Notes under the pieces: generated by a model
What the model was told of the DNA's origin: nothing
Database searches by the model: none
What the model saw: only the letters and a program-made list of their open reading frames with translations
Translations under genes and position numbers: made by a program
NCBI GenBank assembly: GCA_965178125.1
Contig: OZ237735.1
Location: forward strand, 2,790,001-2,852,386
Direction of reading: 5' to 3'
DNA length: 62,386 bases
Source of the DNA: Bilabrum cf. latius
Lineage: Eukaryota
Part shown: one piece after another, positions 40,427 to 52,800 of the stretch
Layout: each line of letters opens with the position of its first letter
How positions within the stretch are numbered: the first letter of the stretch is position 1

Positions 40427-40556
40427 ATGTATTGCATTGAATGGAATACTCGGTGCTTGTTTTGTGTTTCAGGTCTTCTGTGGCACACAAAAAGGAGTAT
40501 CAGTCCCACTCGCCGACCCTCTCTGTCATCAGGTTGTGCGGCCAAGCAAGCATCCC

Positions 40557-41492
40557 TCACTGCCTACGCGTGGTCATCAGCTGCCCGCAATCCTTCACAA
40601 TCAATGCTGGCCTGCGGTCCCCAGCTTTCGCCAGCTTCTGGTGCTGCTGAATGGCTTCTTCTGCTGCTTTTAAGGTTTCGAAACCCTCAATCACGTTCCC
40701 AAACGTGGGGAACTTGCCGTCCATGAGCGGGCCCTTGCCCAGACTGATGACGAACTGGGACGTGTAGTCGGGACCGGGGCCTGCCATCGACAGGATCCCG
40801 GGACCTATGTGCCTGAGCTCATTTTTTTCAGGGGGGAACGGGATACCTAGCGCGGACTTCCCTCCTTCCCCCGTGCCATGCACGATATCTCCGCCCGCCA
40901 TGTACGAGCCGGGCACCAGTGCGTGAAAGCGACAGCCGCGCAGCCCAAAGCCGCGTTCGCCGGTGCACAACCTCCGAAAGTTCTCGGAGGTTTTGGGTGC
41001 TTGATCCTTTCGCAGCTGCAGAATCACTCTGCCGAGGTCTTGTCCTTCGAATGCGAGATCTAGAAACACGACAGGGTTGCCTTGAACGAGAGGGATACCT
41101 CGAACAGCAGCTTCCGCGTCCCCCTTTGCACTCGGACTAAAGTAATCCGTCCAGCCTCTAAATCCCAAGTAGACTGCAAACGAGACTGCGCTGCCCAGTG
41201 TAACGTACCAAAGCGCCTACGAAAATGGTGTGTCCGCGCTGAACTTTTCGTCACCCGACTTTTTGTCCCCATCCGGCTTGCTGGCATCAGCCGGACGGCA
41301 CTGACGCATTGGTGTTCCTGAAATAGCTCTCCTAGAGTACTGGCTCAAGCAGTTCATCGCTCGACCGGCCCACTATGCGCTGCACGCAGAATTCAGCTGC
41401 ACCGCTCTTGCGCCACGTACTTGAGGGAATCCTGCTTTATGAAGGCCCACCCGGCAGCGTGCCCGAACGATATGCCTCTATGCCCGAAGCAT
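40557..41492 (-). CDS. Cyclophilin-like protein with an Arg-rich N-terminus and one TM helix, active site degenerate
   Basis: NPVVFLD...LGRVIL.L..D.APKTSENFRRLCTGERGFG..GC.FH...GGD...G.G.GGKS. The frame extends across TAG 41217, one further TAG and 41478 to ATG 41492. Confidence 0.8.
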
Positions 41493-41617
41493 GACGACAA
41501 AATGGCCAGCAGGTCTATGTAGGTGGCTCCCGCGATGGACATTATCATCATCTGATGGTGATTCCGGATATTGGCAGCTGCCTTCGAAACAATGAGCTAC
41601 ATCTCGAATACTGATCC

Positions 41618-42159
41618 ATGAATAGGTTACGAAACCCCAAAAGTAATAAAAAGTGGATATATGTAGCTGGTACATTGAGCATTATCGCCGTTTTTGGCAG
41701 CCTTCCGTTGGTTATTCGGGCCAGAAGAAAAGACAGTGTGAGGCCGTGTTCTGATCCGCGAATCACAGCAGTAGCTGGACATCCATTGAATTTGCGAGTG
41801 GCTCTCAGCTATGAATAAATATTTTGCAGGAGAATATGATGTTCAGGGAGGAGCCCCTGACAGGCAGTCAAATCATGAGGGGCGCGTATATAAACTCCGG
41901 TAAGACTGGGCCCGGTCGGCTTGCATGTCAATTGGATGGCCTCCTGAGCCACCCTAGAGGGGATGTACATTATCACCTTACCAGCGCAGGATCAAAAGAT
42001 GTAGGGAGAGACCCAGACTGGGACCCAGTCACCCGAACGCATCGGAGCAAGACACCAAGCACGTTCAACCCTAGCGAAGAGCAGGTGGAAGAGTGGTCCA
42101 AGCGATTCGAGAGCAAGGAGGGTGGCCAACAAGAAGGGAAGCATGAAGGTCGTGAATGA
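41618..42159 (+). CDS. Small single-TM hypothetical protein (introns 41738-41829, 41900-41989)
   Basis: Two canonical introns give an N-terminal TM followed by PLTGSQIMRGAYINSGSKDVGRDPDW. Confidence 0.65.
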
Positions 42160-42313
42160 ATTGTAGAACCACGATGCACAGTTTGATTGCAATAGTCAGA
42201 TAGAGACGGTCACGAACTTCGCAGGCCCCGGGGGAATCGCAGTCCCTAGAAGTGCCACGATAACCAATCTGGCGGTACCAAGTCTTCGCCTATGTTCATG
42301 CGACCAATTTCCC

Positions 42314-43288
42314 TCAAGCCTGGACCTTCCTGCGCCTGGCTCTGCTACTCGGCCTTGCTCGCTTGGTTCTCGTGAAGGTGACCTCCTCGCTGCTGCTGCT
42401 GCTGCTGGGGCTAGGGCTGGGACTGCCTGACCCTGCATCATCGGTCGCATCATCATTTGCGTCTTGCAGTGAATCCTCTGTGGTCTGCAGGCCTTGAATG
42501 CCCAGAGATGCTCCCACGGGGGCAGATGCCAGCCCGAGCTTCCATGCGATGGGCCCGGAGAAGGTGGCAAGTGCAGGGATCACGATGACTGCAATGCACA
42601 CACACAGCGAAGCGATGAGCTAGACATCGTGCGACCTATCCCCAGTCACCCACTCGCGGAGAGACAGACGGTCCCCCAGCTGCTGCCTCAGGTACCACGC
42701 GCTGAACCCCGCCTAGGCCCCAACCATGCCGAAGAATGCGGGACCGTACGACAGGAGAACCCCGACGGCAAGACGACCTTCGAAGTGCGCTTTAGTGTAC
42801 ACCCGGAGCAGGTCGAGCTCAAGCAGAGGCAGGTCGTAGACGCAGCCAGCCACGCCAACAACCACCGACCCGAAGGCTACCATCATGCCCGGCGACTGCA
42901 GCAGCGCACTGCTCTCCAACTGGTCCAGCAGAGGAGTGTCGGCTGAACCGACTCCCGCAATGTACCTGATGCCGATCGCCAACGCCCCCAATACAACGCC
43001 TCCGTACAGAAACCCGACTTGCGGCACAACACCCTCCACCAACGGAGTGCACGACGGGTTGAACTGCCACAGCTTCAACCACCCAGCACCCAGACCTACG
43101 ACAATATACATACCAATTATAAGTGCTGCAGATGTTGCAGATGCCCATAGCGGCACGCTCCGGAGCTAGCCATCGGGAGCTAGCACAACGCCGCACGTCA
43201 AGCCGCCGGCGATTGGGAGTGCGTAAAACCACAGAAGATCGATGGCAAGCCTCCAATTGCGCGAAGGAATGATCACTCGTGGAGCCAT
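42314..43288 (-). CDS. Hypothetical multi-pass membrane protein; TAG at 43166, 42713
   Basis: Three hydrophobic ORFs in one frame are joined by TAG and end at TGA. Confidence 0.6.
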
Positions 43289-43420
43289 ACTTTGCAGACC
43301 GGTCAATTGTACTGCAGTCTTCGAACCAATTGCTTCTTGACGGGCCGAGTGGCTGGCGGTAATTGCAGCCCATTGTGAAGCACCGCCGGCCGACCTCTTA
43401 TTGAAAAGCAACCCATCCCG

Positions 43421-44074
43421 ATGTTTCGCTCATCGGTGCTGATCTGTATTGTCGCTGGTATGGTAGGCTCGGTGTTGGCGACGAGAAATCCGAAGGGCTT
43501 GATGGCAAGGGAGCTTTTTGCGTTCCTGCCGGGGAGGGCAACTGAAGTCTGCCGAATATCAAGCACAGGTCGGTCCTGCTCCGGTTCGACCGTCTTGCAA
43601 AAACCTGGTGATTACTTGCTGATCGCAATAGAAGTTCCGGACTCCATTCTGTCCTTTGAAATTCAAGATGCTGACGGCTTAGGCGGCTTCAGCTTGATTG
43701 CAGTCAACCGCACAGGTCTGGCGATTTTTCAGGATCCTTATGCGAACCAGTTGTCGTTTTATCCTACATTTAGTTGCCAACCGGCGAAGAACGGGATGGC
43801 TGCGCTCCTCAAGTGCGAGCAGAGCGGTCGGCACCTAGTGGATCGAGGTGCTCCCATTCCGTTCTATCTAGTGGCCCAGACTTTGATTGGGAACAATGCG
43901 TTGACATTTAGTACATCATATATGTCTCCATCGCCGGCTCCAAAGCAAGACGAGCAGGTCTCTGGGAGTCGATCCATGTCAAGCCAAGGACGTATCGAAT
44001 ATTTGTGGAGTATTGGCGTGGCAGCTGCCAGCAGTCTCTTTGTGTGGGGCAGACAAAACGCTCACATGGGCTGA
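43421..44074 (+). CDS. Hypothetical secreted/surface-anchored protein
   Basis: Signal-peptide-like N-terminus, Ser/Pro linker and a hydrophobic C-terminus. Confidence 0.6.
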   Translation: MFRSSVLICIVAGMVGSVLATRNPKGLMARELFAFLPGRATEVCRISSTGRSCSGSTVLQKPGDYLLIAIEVPDSILSFEIQDADGLGGFSLIAVNRTGLAIFQDPYANQLSFYPTFSCQPAKNGMAALLKCEQSGRHLVDRGAPIPFYLVAQTLIGNNALTFSTSYMSPSPAPKQDEQVSGSRSMSSQGRIEYLWSIGVAAASSLFVWGRQNAHMG

Positions 44075-44305
44075 AATGGAGCAGTAGGGTGCAATGCATC
44101 GGGCACACAGGCGCGCAGCCTGAGGTCACCCAAGCTCTGCTACCATGTCTGCACCACTGGCAGGGGCCTACAAGCTGGCATGGGGAGCGGCTCCACTACC
44201 AGTGGCTGCAGTCGACGGAGGGCGATACAGCTGACTGTATTGCTGCAGGGCTGCGGCCACAGCAGGAAGTTTTGATGCAGCAGCGATCGCACGAGACCAG
44301 CATTG
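44002..44305 (+). repeat. 304-bp direct repeat, copy 1
   Basis: Near-identical to 47305-47608 (offset 3303), with a few substitutions. Confidence 0.95.
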
Positions 44306-45083
44306 AAATTCCCGGGGTTGTCGGCCCGAAAATGACAACCTGACGGGTGCCTGACAGCAGTAATCTCGAGGGCCTCCCTAGGCTGGCCACCGTGGGAATG
44401 GGGAGTATAGATGAGGAGGAAGAGGATGAGGATGAGGAGATCGGCAGCAGGAGGAGGAGGAGGCAAGCCAGTGGCAGACAGTCGTCCGCGAGCGAGCATG
44501 ACACTCTGGTGCAAGTGGATGATCAGCTACCTACGGAGCCGGATAACTCGGGCAACCTGGATGCCACGAGGGAGTTCGCCCTGGCGGTGAATGGGTAGAG
44601 GGGAAGCCGCGGCCCGGCCAGGGAAGGACTGGCCAGACCGGTGGCAAGCGCAGTCGCGAGGCAGACGCCAAGGCCAACAGGCAGGGCACGGCTTCCGAGT
44701 CCGCCGAAGAGGAGCCGCTAGCTTAGAAGAAGAATTGATTCCTATACGAGAGGCCTTCTCCAGAGCTTGAACTGGACCCGTGAAATGAGCGCCCAGTTGG
44801 GCGCAGGAGCTGTGGAAGCCATACCGAAAGTTGATGGACTTGACGAGTTTGGCGTCACCTGGATGGTCCATCGTCAGAGCGGTGCATACTGAACGGAATC
44901 AAGGCGCGTATGTGAAGTACGTTGGTCGTGCTCTGCTCGCTGCGAACAGACCCCCGCGAGGGGGATGGACAAGGGGGTGGCAAAGCAGCTGCGGCCCGCA
45001 CTGCTGGCAGTACTAGATCTATCTAGATCTAGTAGCAGCGCGCTCGATTCTAAACCCACACGTTACTGGTCAGTAAAGCTGTT

Positions 45084-45154
45084 TGCACCGTCGCCCCCGA
45101 GGGGGTTTGGGTGATCTAGGTGATCACCCAAACCCCCTCGGGGGCGACGGTGCA
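45084..45154. repeat. Perfect 33-bp inverted repeat with a 5-nt loop
   Basis: TGCACCGTCGCCCCCGAGGGGGTTTGGGTGATC-TAGGT-GATCACCCAAACCCCCTCGGGGGCGACGGTGCA. Confidence 0.95.
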
Positions 45155-45269
45155 TCTGCCAGTGGGTGCTTACGGAATCTTTACCCAACAATGTATTTCT
45201 GTATTTCTGTATTGTTTTTCTTTATTCACTCGTGCGCACAACGGTCGCATCAACCTCAGATCTGCAGCA

Positions 45270-46925
45270 ATGCGATCAATCGTTTCTGTTTTGGTAGCTG
45301 TCGCGGCCTGTTCGGCGCTCAGTGCACACGGGCGACGAGCGGCAGGCCAGCAGCACCTCCGCAGCGCTAGCTCCACGTCGTCAGCCTCGGTCCACGCTAG
45401 CAGCAGGCGCCATGGGCGCGATGCATGGCCTGCAAGTGAGAACGATGAGAAACTTGACACGTTCTCCTGCGACGTGAGCGCCTTGGCAGCGAGGAAGCCG
45501 GCATAGGGCGACAGGCTCCGGAAAGGCGAGATTCTGCATTCCGCCATCGCTCCGCTCGGTAATGCCTTGTCAAAGGAGTCGACGATGGTGTGGCTCCGGG
45601 CTGACTGCCACTTGATTGTCAATGGCAAGCTGGAGGCAGAATTTTAGGCCTCGGGTGACCCCGAGGAGCAGTCCGACCACTGCGCGCTGCTTCTGACGGA
45701 TGCGTCGTGCAGCACGCAGGGAGACCTGGCCATCATCGACACGGATACGGGCAAGTACCTCTGGCGGGTGCAATCCTCTATCTTCACACCCGAGGTGGAC
45801 ACGTTTCTGGCCCAGGGGGACGGCAATGCCGTTCTCCTTCAGGAAGGCGCGCAGCTGCTGTGGAGCACCGGGGAGAAGAAGGTGGGGGGGACGTTCCACT
45901 TCGACCTGGAGGTGCGGGACGACGTGCACAGGTTGCAGTGCGATGCAGGGACCATGCACTCGTCATACCACAAAGTGACCAACGGCGACGTGCTGTCTCC
46001 GGGGCAGGTGCTGCAAGCTGGGGCCGCCTTGAAGACGAGCGGGGTCGAGCTGCGCATGCAGGGAGACTGCAACCTGGTGGTGTACCAAGTGGGCAAGGCA
46101 GTATTTGCGACCAACACGAAGGGCAAGGGTACCGAGGGGAAGTGCGCACTCGTCATCACGGGGGACGGGTGCGACACCCAGGGCGACCTGGCCATCCTAG
46201 ACAGCGCCTCCGGGCAGTACATCTGGCGGGTGCCTGCCTCGCTGATGGACCCGGGTGCAGACACCCTTCGACTGCAGGGGGACGGGAATGCCGTCCTGTT
46301 CCAGAAGGGAGGTGAGATCGTGTGGTCGGCGGGGTCGGCGGACTTGGATGGTCCTGACGACGACGAGACCTTCGGCAATGGTTGCAAGAAGGCGGCACTA
46401 CAGGCGGCCATCGAAGCGGCTCCTCGCTGCAACCCCCAGGCGCTTGCTAAGCGACCGGCCGCCAAGGGGGACTCTCTTTGGGACGATGAGGTGCTGGCCA
46501 TGGGGCATAGGCTCCGGGCGGGGGACATGGGCTATGCCTTTCTGACGGTGGCGGACAACTGCGACCTGGTGGAGACGAACGGGGTGGGCAAAACCACCTG
46601 GAAGACGGATACCGGAGGCAAGGCCCAGAAATGCGCGCTCGTCATCACGGGGAAGGAGTGCGACCGCACGGGAGATCTTGCTCTCGTCGACATGGACAGC
46701 GGGGCGTACCTGTGGAGCATCGACACATCCTACGTGCGGCCCACGGCCAAGGTGCTGAAGAAAAGGAATTCCTTCTCGGTTCTGGGACAGCAGGCCACGT
46801 TCTCAAACATCTGGTATTCGTAGGGCATGAATCTCTTCGCTTCTTTGCAGCCTCCTGAGGGAGAGTTTGAATCCGAGTTCGAGAAGGAGCTCACTTATTG
46901 GAAGGAGTCCCAGGATAAGTGTTGA
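45270..46925 (+). CDS. Secreted protein with three bulb-type (GNA-like/B-lectin) domains; TAG at 45504, 45645, 46821
   Basis: Signal peptide MRSIVSVLVAVAACSALSA. Repeats with MQGDCNLVVY, LQGDGNAVLF (QxDxNxVxY-like) and CALVITG..C...GDLA..D..SG.Y.W. Ends at TGA 46923-46925. Confidence 0.8.
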
Positions 46926-47304
46926 GGGTCTATGTTCGGCGGTCGTCAAAGCACGGGTGGCGTGTGATACCAACGATGCTAGTCTGGCATCATGACGGAA
47001 ATGAACCAGCTCTCGCCTAGTTGGCGCGTGCATGCGTAAAAAAAAATGTAATGCTTCCACACCGAGCGGTGCGAGTTGAAATGATTGCGTGATTTAGCGC
47101 GTTCAATCTGAAGCAAGCGCGCTAGAATACACCACAAAAACAATGAATCTGCTGAGATATTCCGACAGGTTCTGGAAAGCCTGAGGTGATCCAACTTGAG
47201 TGCCAGTGGGCGTTGGTCGGCGCCGCGGCGCCCGGCCCTGAAATGGCGTCACGGTGCGACGGCGTCCACGACGCGGGAAAAACGAGAGTCCCGTTTTAGA
47301 CTGC

Positions 47305-47608
47305 TTTGTGGAGTATTGGCGTGGCAGCTGCCAGCCGTCTCTTTGTGTGGTGCAGACAAAACGCTCACACGGGCTGAAATGGAGCAGTGGGGTGCAATGC
47401 ATCGGGCACACAGGCGCGCAGCCTGAGGTCACCCAAGCTCTGCTACCATGTCTGCACCACTGGCAGGGGCCTACAAGCTGGCATGGGGAGCGGCTCCACT
47501 ACCAGTGGCTGCAGTCGACGGAGGGCGATACAGCTGACTGTATTGCTGCAGGGCTGCGGCCACAGCAGGAAGTTTTGATGCAGCAGCGATCGCACGAGAC
47601 CAACATTG
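47305..47608 (+). repeat. 304-bp direct repeat, copy 2 (contains the EED stop codon)
   Basis: Near-identical to 44002-44305. Confidence 0.95.
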
Positions 47609-49621
47609 CAGCCGCAAGCCAGTGGCCCCGGGGGGTACCACCACATTTTTGGAAGCATAGCCTGTGGGCTTTGGTCCTTGCCCGGGGTGGCCCGATGCGA
47701 GGCTGGCAGCGGATGCTGGTCCTTGACCGTCCTCGGCGCCACCTGCCTCCTCGGCTGCCATGTCATACCGGACCAGGATGCCCTTGTCGCAAGCAGCCAC
47801 CAGAGTGCGACCATCCGAGCTGATGGCCACCTACCGCACGGGCAAGTCTCTTGACCTCGGGTGGGTCAGCACCTGCCAGGGACGCCTGTGCCGCGGGCCT
47901 GAGGGACGGCTCCGATCTGGGCCGGAAAATGTTGCTGCAGCGCTGCTTGAGGCCACCCGGCGCTCCGACGATATGCCGGCCCCTCGCGCCGAGGAGGACA
48001 AGGATGAGGAAGAGCCACCCGCCCCGGATGATGAGGGCTGGCCACCTTTGCGCCTAGCTGCGCCACGGGATGAAGACAACGCACCTGCGCCGGTATCATT
48101 GCCGTTTGCGTCACGGCTGGCACCATTTGCAGTGGATGCAAGCCGCAGCCCGTCGCACTGCAGCACCGAGGCAGACCTGCCGCTGGACTTGCGCCCGTCC
48201 CCGTCTCTGTGCAGCTCTCCCGTGTAGGACCGGGTCAGGATGGAGCCCACGTCCCGGGGCCGCCAGACGGCCACGGCTCCCTTGGAAGTCCCCGCGGCCA
48301 GAACCGAAGCATCTGGCGCAGCCGCCATGCGCAGGTACCAGATGTCGAGGTCCTTGCAGTGCAGCTGTTGCACCACGGTAATGCCACCGGATGTGAGGGC
48401 CTGAGCCTGCTGCCGCCCCGCCGCCCTGAAGTCAGCAAAGGCATTCTACGCCTCATCCAGGCCGCCGGGAAGGTCGTTCCCGGTTGCAGAGTAGATCTTG
48501 GTCTCTCCGGGCCCCTTGTCGCTGGCCAGCGACGACTCGTCCGATGTGTCGCTGTCCCCCCCCGCCCGGTCCGATTCTCTCACGGCGCTCGTGAGATCGC
48601 TAGGAGAGCCCTCCAGCAGCGACACACCCGCCGAGTGGGCAGCGGATCCAGCATCCGGGGTCCATAGCACCACGTCGTTGGAGGTGGACTTGCTCGCGAT
48701 CATGGATCCGAGGAAGACCACCGAGTCGGCATAGTCTGCGTGCACATCGTCCGTGGAGAAGGCCGGCAGCTGCTCGTGCAGCGGTGTGTGGGCGCCCTCG
48801 GAGCGAGCGTGCTTCTAGTAGCTGCGACTGATGGCTCCAACCACCTCGGGGGAGTCCAATGCCCAGAGCTTGACAGAATTGTCCATGCCTGCCGACGCGA
48901 AGCACCTGCCTGCCGGGTGCACGCTCAGGGCCAGCACGTCGTCCCGGTGGCCGGCCTGCCCCGCGAACATGGCCACCAGCTGACCCGTCATCAAGTTCCA
49001 CAATCGCACGGACTCGTCCTGGCTTGCAGAAAGCATGAGGGATGGATCAGCGGGGTGAACCTGCAGGTCGTTGACGGCCCCCCCATGCCCGCGCAGCACG
49101 CCCACGTATGACCCGCGGGAGGTATTGAGCACTTTGATTAGACCACGGAGACCAGCCATTGCTAGAAGTGGCTCGCCAGTGTTCTAGTCTTCTGTCCATC
49201 GACAGCAATAAAACATTTCTTTCTCATCCTAATCCTTGTATGTCTGCCGTAGCTGTAGCTCAAATCCTGGCGCGCCACGAGCAACATACAGGCTCACGTG
49301 CCGGCCTCCGACAACTGCAAGACCTTGTGCAGCAGGAGATCCAGCAGGGCCGAACGATGCACCGTACAAATCCTACTTGTGGCGTTCTTCAACCAGTGAT
49401 GAAAACACAAAGCCACTAGCAGGCAGCTTGGGGCGCCCACCAAGTTCTTTTGGGAGACTTTGGCATGCGTGCACCCATTCCGGTGTTCCGAATCTAATTG
49501 ATCCATCTAGCTTGATTGGATCTACACCTAGCCGCGCGCATTCAGCATCAATTCGAGAGCGAACCTCGGGAAGTCCAGCCAGTCCAGGCGGCAGGTCAAG
49601 GGGTCCCATCATTGAATCCAT
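47429..49621 (-). CDS. EED: Polycomb PRC2 WD40 subunit EED/ESC/FIE
   Basis: EMFYCCRW...PLLAMAGLRGLIKV, GHGGAVNDL..HP, LSASQDESVRLWN, FAG.AGHRDDVL, SAGMDNSVKLW, HADYADSV..LG.MIASKS, DIWYLR and VR*VA.S.DG. One frame across seven TAGs. Confidence 0.9.
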
Positions 49622-49715
49622 CCTGACGCTCCTTGCGCTTCTTCGTCAGGCAGTACACATATTAGTCTGTTTCTGTCCACATTCGGAGGCGACAAAACAA
49701 GTGTAGGGCATAAAC

Positions 49716-49769
49716 AACCAGGTGAGCGATGAGAGGAACCCTTGCCGAACCCTCATCGCTCACCTGGTT
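49716..49769. repeat. 18-bp perfect inverted repeat with an 18-nt spacer in the EED/DDX55 divergent intergenic region
   Basis: AACCAGGTGAGCGATGAG ... CTCATCGCTCACCTGGTT. Confidence 0.9.
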
Positions 49770-49822
49770 CTTCAACTGCAACTCTGCGAGATTTTAGCCA
49801 GACCTGAGCATTTTTCCCCACA

Positions 49823-52800
49823 ATGTCACGCTCATTTTCAGCATTGAAGCCTAAATTATCGTCTGAGTCGATTAGGGCTGTAAATTCCCTTGGATTCTCG
49901 CAGTGCACGCCGGTGCAGAATGCAACTATACCCCTCTTTCTTAAGAAGAAGGACGTTGTCGCAGAGGCGGTAACGGGTTCCGGGAAAACCCTGGCGTTCT
50001 TATTGCCAATGCTTGACTTGATTCAGCAGGCAGCAAGGAAAGCTGTAGCCGAAGGAGACTCGCTAGTAGCGAACCGAGTGCTAGGGATGGTCGTGTCCCC
50101 AACACGCGAACTTGCTGCACAAACACACAAAGTTATGCAGGAAATTTTGCCATTCTATTTCCATGGGGCCTCTGGGTAGAGCATATTGAAGTCAACCCTG
50201 CTTGTTGGGGGTACAGACGTGGATGAGTCCATCCGGGAGTGCGTGCAAGATGGCTGTCACGTGGTTGTTTGCACGCCTGGGCGAGTCCTAGATATGCTGG
50301 ACAGGAAGTACAAGCCATTGTTAATGAAACAATCGAGCGATAGAAATGCTGGTGATAGCTCCAGCTAGGGATCAAGCGAAGCTAGTGTCCTGCAGGTGCA
50401 GTCTCTGCAAGTCCTCGTCATGGACGAAGCCGACATGCTGCTCGAGCTGGGGTTCGAGCGAGCCATGGGCCGCCTATTGGAGCAGCTCCCCAAGTCCCGA
50501 GTCACCGCGCTCTTTTCTGCGACCCAAACGAAGGAAGTGCGCGCCCTGGCCATGGCGGGCATGCTGGACCCAGTGGCCGTGAGAGTGAGGGTCGCAGCCC
50601 CCAAACAAGCTGCCGACGGGGAGCAGAAACGCGGGAGTGCGCCGCTAGACAGTGCACAAGCTTCGTCTTCGTCTGGTTCATCAGCACCTGGTACAGCCTC
50701 TTCTGCATCGAGCAGCGCCATGCCGACTGGGTCCATGCGGTTGCCCACCCGACTAGCTTGCTACTCTGTGCGCTGCCCAGCCGCTTCCAAAATGGGCGCC
50801 CTCGTGTCACTGCTCAGACGATGCTTTGCAGTATCCACAAAGAGCGGAAGTACAGCGCAGGCACACGGATTGACTCCCCGCGCCCCGAAGCTCATCGTGT
50901 TTGCTCTCACGTGTGCCACGGTCGAGTACCTGGCCCGGGTGCTGGCGGCACCTGTGTATGCTCAGAACTTGCAGGGACTGTCAGAGGCGCTGCGACGGAC
51001 TGCATCAGGCCGGGTTGTAATGAGCGGTGCTGCACAGAGTGCTTCGAGCAGCTCCAGCGGGGCATCAGGGACTGGCAGTCCTTCTACCGCGCACGCACCG
51101 ACCGCGGTGCAGCGATACGTGGCAGAGTGGGCGCTTGCTGCCCCGCGGCAGGCCACGAAGCACTGGCGCACCAAGTCAGCATCTTCGAGTGCAGGCGCAG
51201 GATCTGTACCAAGCAACTCGTCGAGCACTACGTCAGCCTAGCAGACAGCTGGTCTACCCGATCAACCTTGGAGAACGTTTCCACTGCTAGCGCTCCACGG
51301 CAAGATGCCGCAGAAGAAGCGGAGGGCGGTGCTGGACGCATTTCGAGCAGCACCTGCGGGCGTGCTCGTGTGCACCGACGTTGCAGCCAGGGGTCTGGAT
51401 GTACCGGATGTAGACTGTGTGGTGCAGCTCGACGCCCCGAAGGAGGTGGATACATACGTGCACCGTGTGGGCAGGGCAGCACGAGCGGGTCGATCTGGGT
51501 CTGCGTGCATCCTGCTGTCTCCGACAGAGCGGGACTTCGAAGAGCTCCTGAGGCTCAAGGGGCTGCCCGTGCAGACCTTGGACGGTATTGACCCTTCTGC
51601 ACTGGCACCTGGCGTGCTGCCACAGCTCGATGAGGATACTTTAGAAGCTGAGACAGCCCAGTGCGCTGCTGCGTGGAGACACCTGGCTGCCTCAGATCGA
51701 GCCGTGCTGGAAGCTGGCAGCAATGCGGTGCTGGCTCATCTGCGGGGGTACAGCGAGCACATTCAGAAGCTGGCACTTCCTTTCAGCAAACTTGACATTG
51801 CTGGCATCTGCAGGAGCTGGGGCTTGCTCAAGTCGCCCAACGTCAAAGAGACGAGAGGTATGCCACCCAAGCAGAAGGACTGGTGGGCGGACCCAGCCGA
51901 GGTGGATCTGCCCGCGCTGTCAGCAAAAAAAGATGATGCTGTTGCAGAGCAATCAAAGCAGAGGCGGAAGCACAAAAAGGGCAAAAAGTCGGGGAAACAG
52001 CCGCCAAAGCCGCGTGGACCGGTGTACCGCTGGCCTGTGCCGGACACCTCAGTGGTGCGTTTCTTGGACCCCGAGAGAGAGGCAGCCCGCCAGCTGCGGC
52101 TGTAGAAGGAAGCAGAGCGCACGGCTGAGGTGGCTGCCAAGCTAGGCATCATGGGAGCCAGCTCTGGGGCCTCTGTCCCGAAGATGTCGGGGAAGGGTGA
52201 GAGGGCGATGGCAGCTGCAGCCAAGCAGCAGGCCATGCGAGCCAAGGCGGAGCACGAAGCGGAGTAGGTTGCCAAAGGGAAGGCGCTGGGGCGAAAGCGT
52301 AAGGGGCAGCAGCAACGCCTGTTCGAGGAGTGGGACGAGCTGGCGGACGAGAGCAGGCTGCTGCGCAAGCTCAAGAGGGGGGAGATCACTGACGAACAGT
52401 TCGACGAGCTGACGGGGGGAGGGCCTGCGGCTTCCGGTGCGGGGGCGGGGATGGAAGAGTCTGTTGGTGGCACGGATAGCAGTGCAGGAGGGGAGGTGGA
52501 CGAGGACTTGCCGTCGGCCAAGCGGCGTCGAGTGGAGGGGGGCGGGGGCCCAGCTTTAGCAAGCAGCGGCGGGTCACGAGCGGGCTCCAGCAGGAGCGCA
52601 CTGCTGGCGGCAGTCAAGGCTACGGTGCTTGGAGGCAAGCATGCGAGCAAGGCAGCAGCCCTGCAGAGTCAAGGGCAGTCTTCCGCTGACGGCAGCGCGG
52701 GTGGGGTGGTGCAGCGCCTGCACGAACAGCACAGGCGGCAGAAGAGGCATGCTTCGAAGTCTACCAGAAAGGTTCGGGCAGTGCGAAAGGCGAAGCGAAA

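Noticed and set aside
44002-47608. LTR retrotransposon
   Set aside because: The direct repeats consist of host gene 3' ends, and no gag/pol or primer-binding site is evident.
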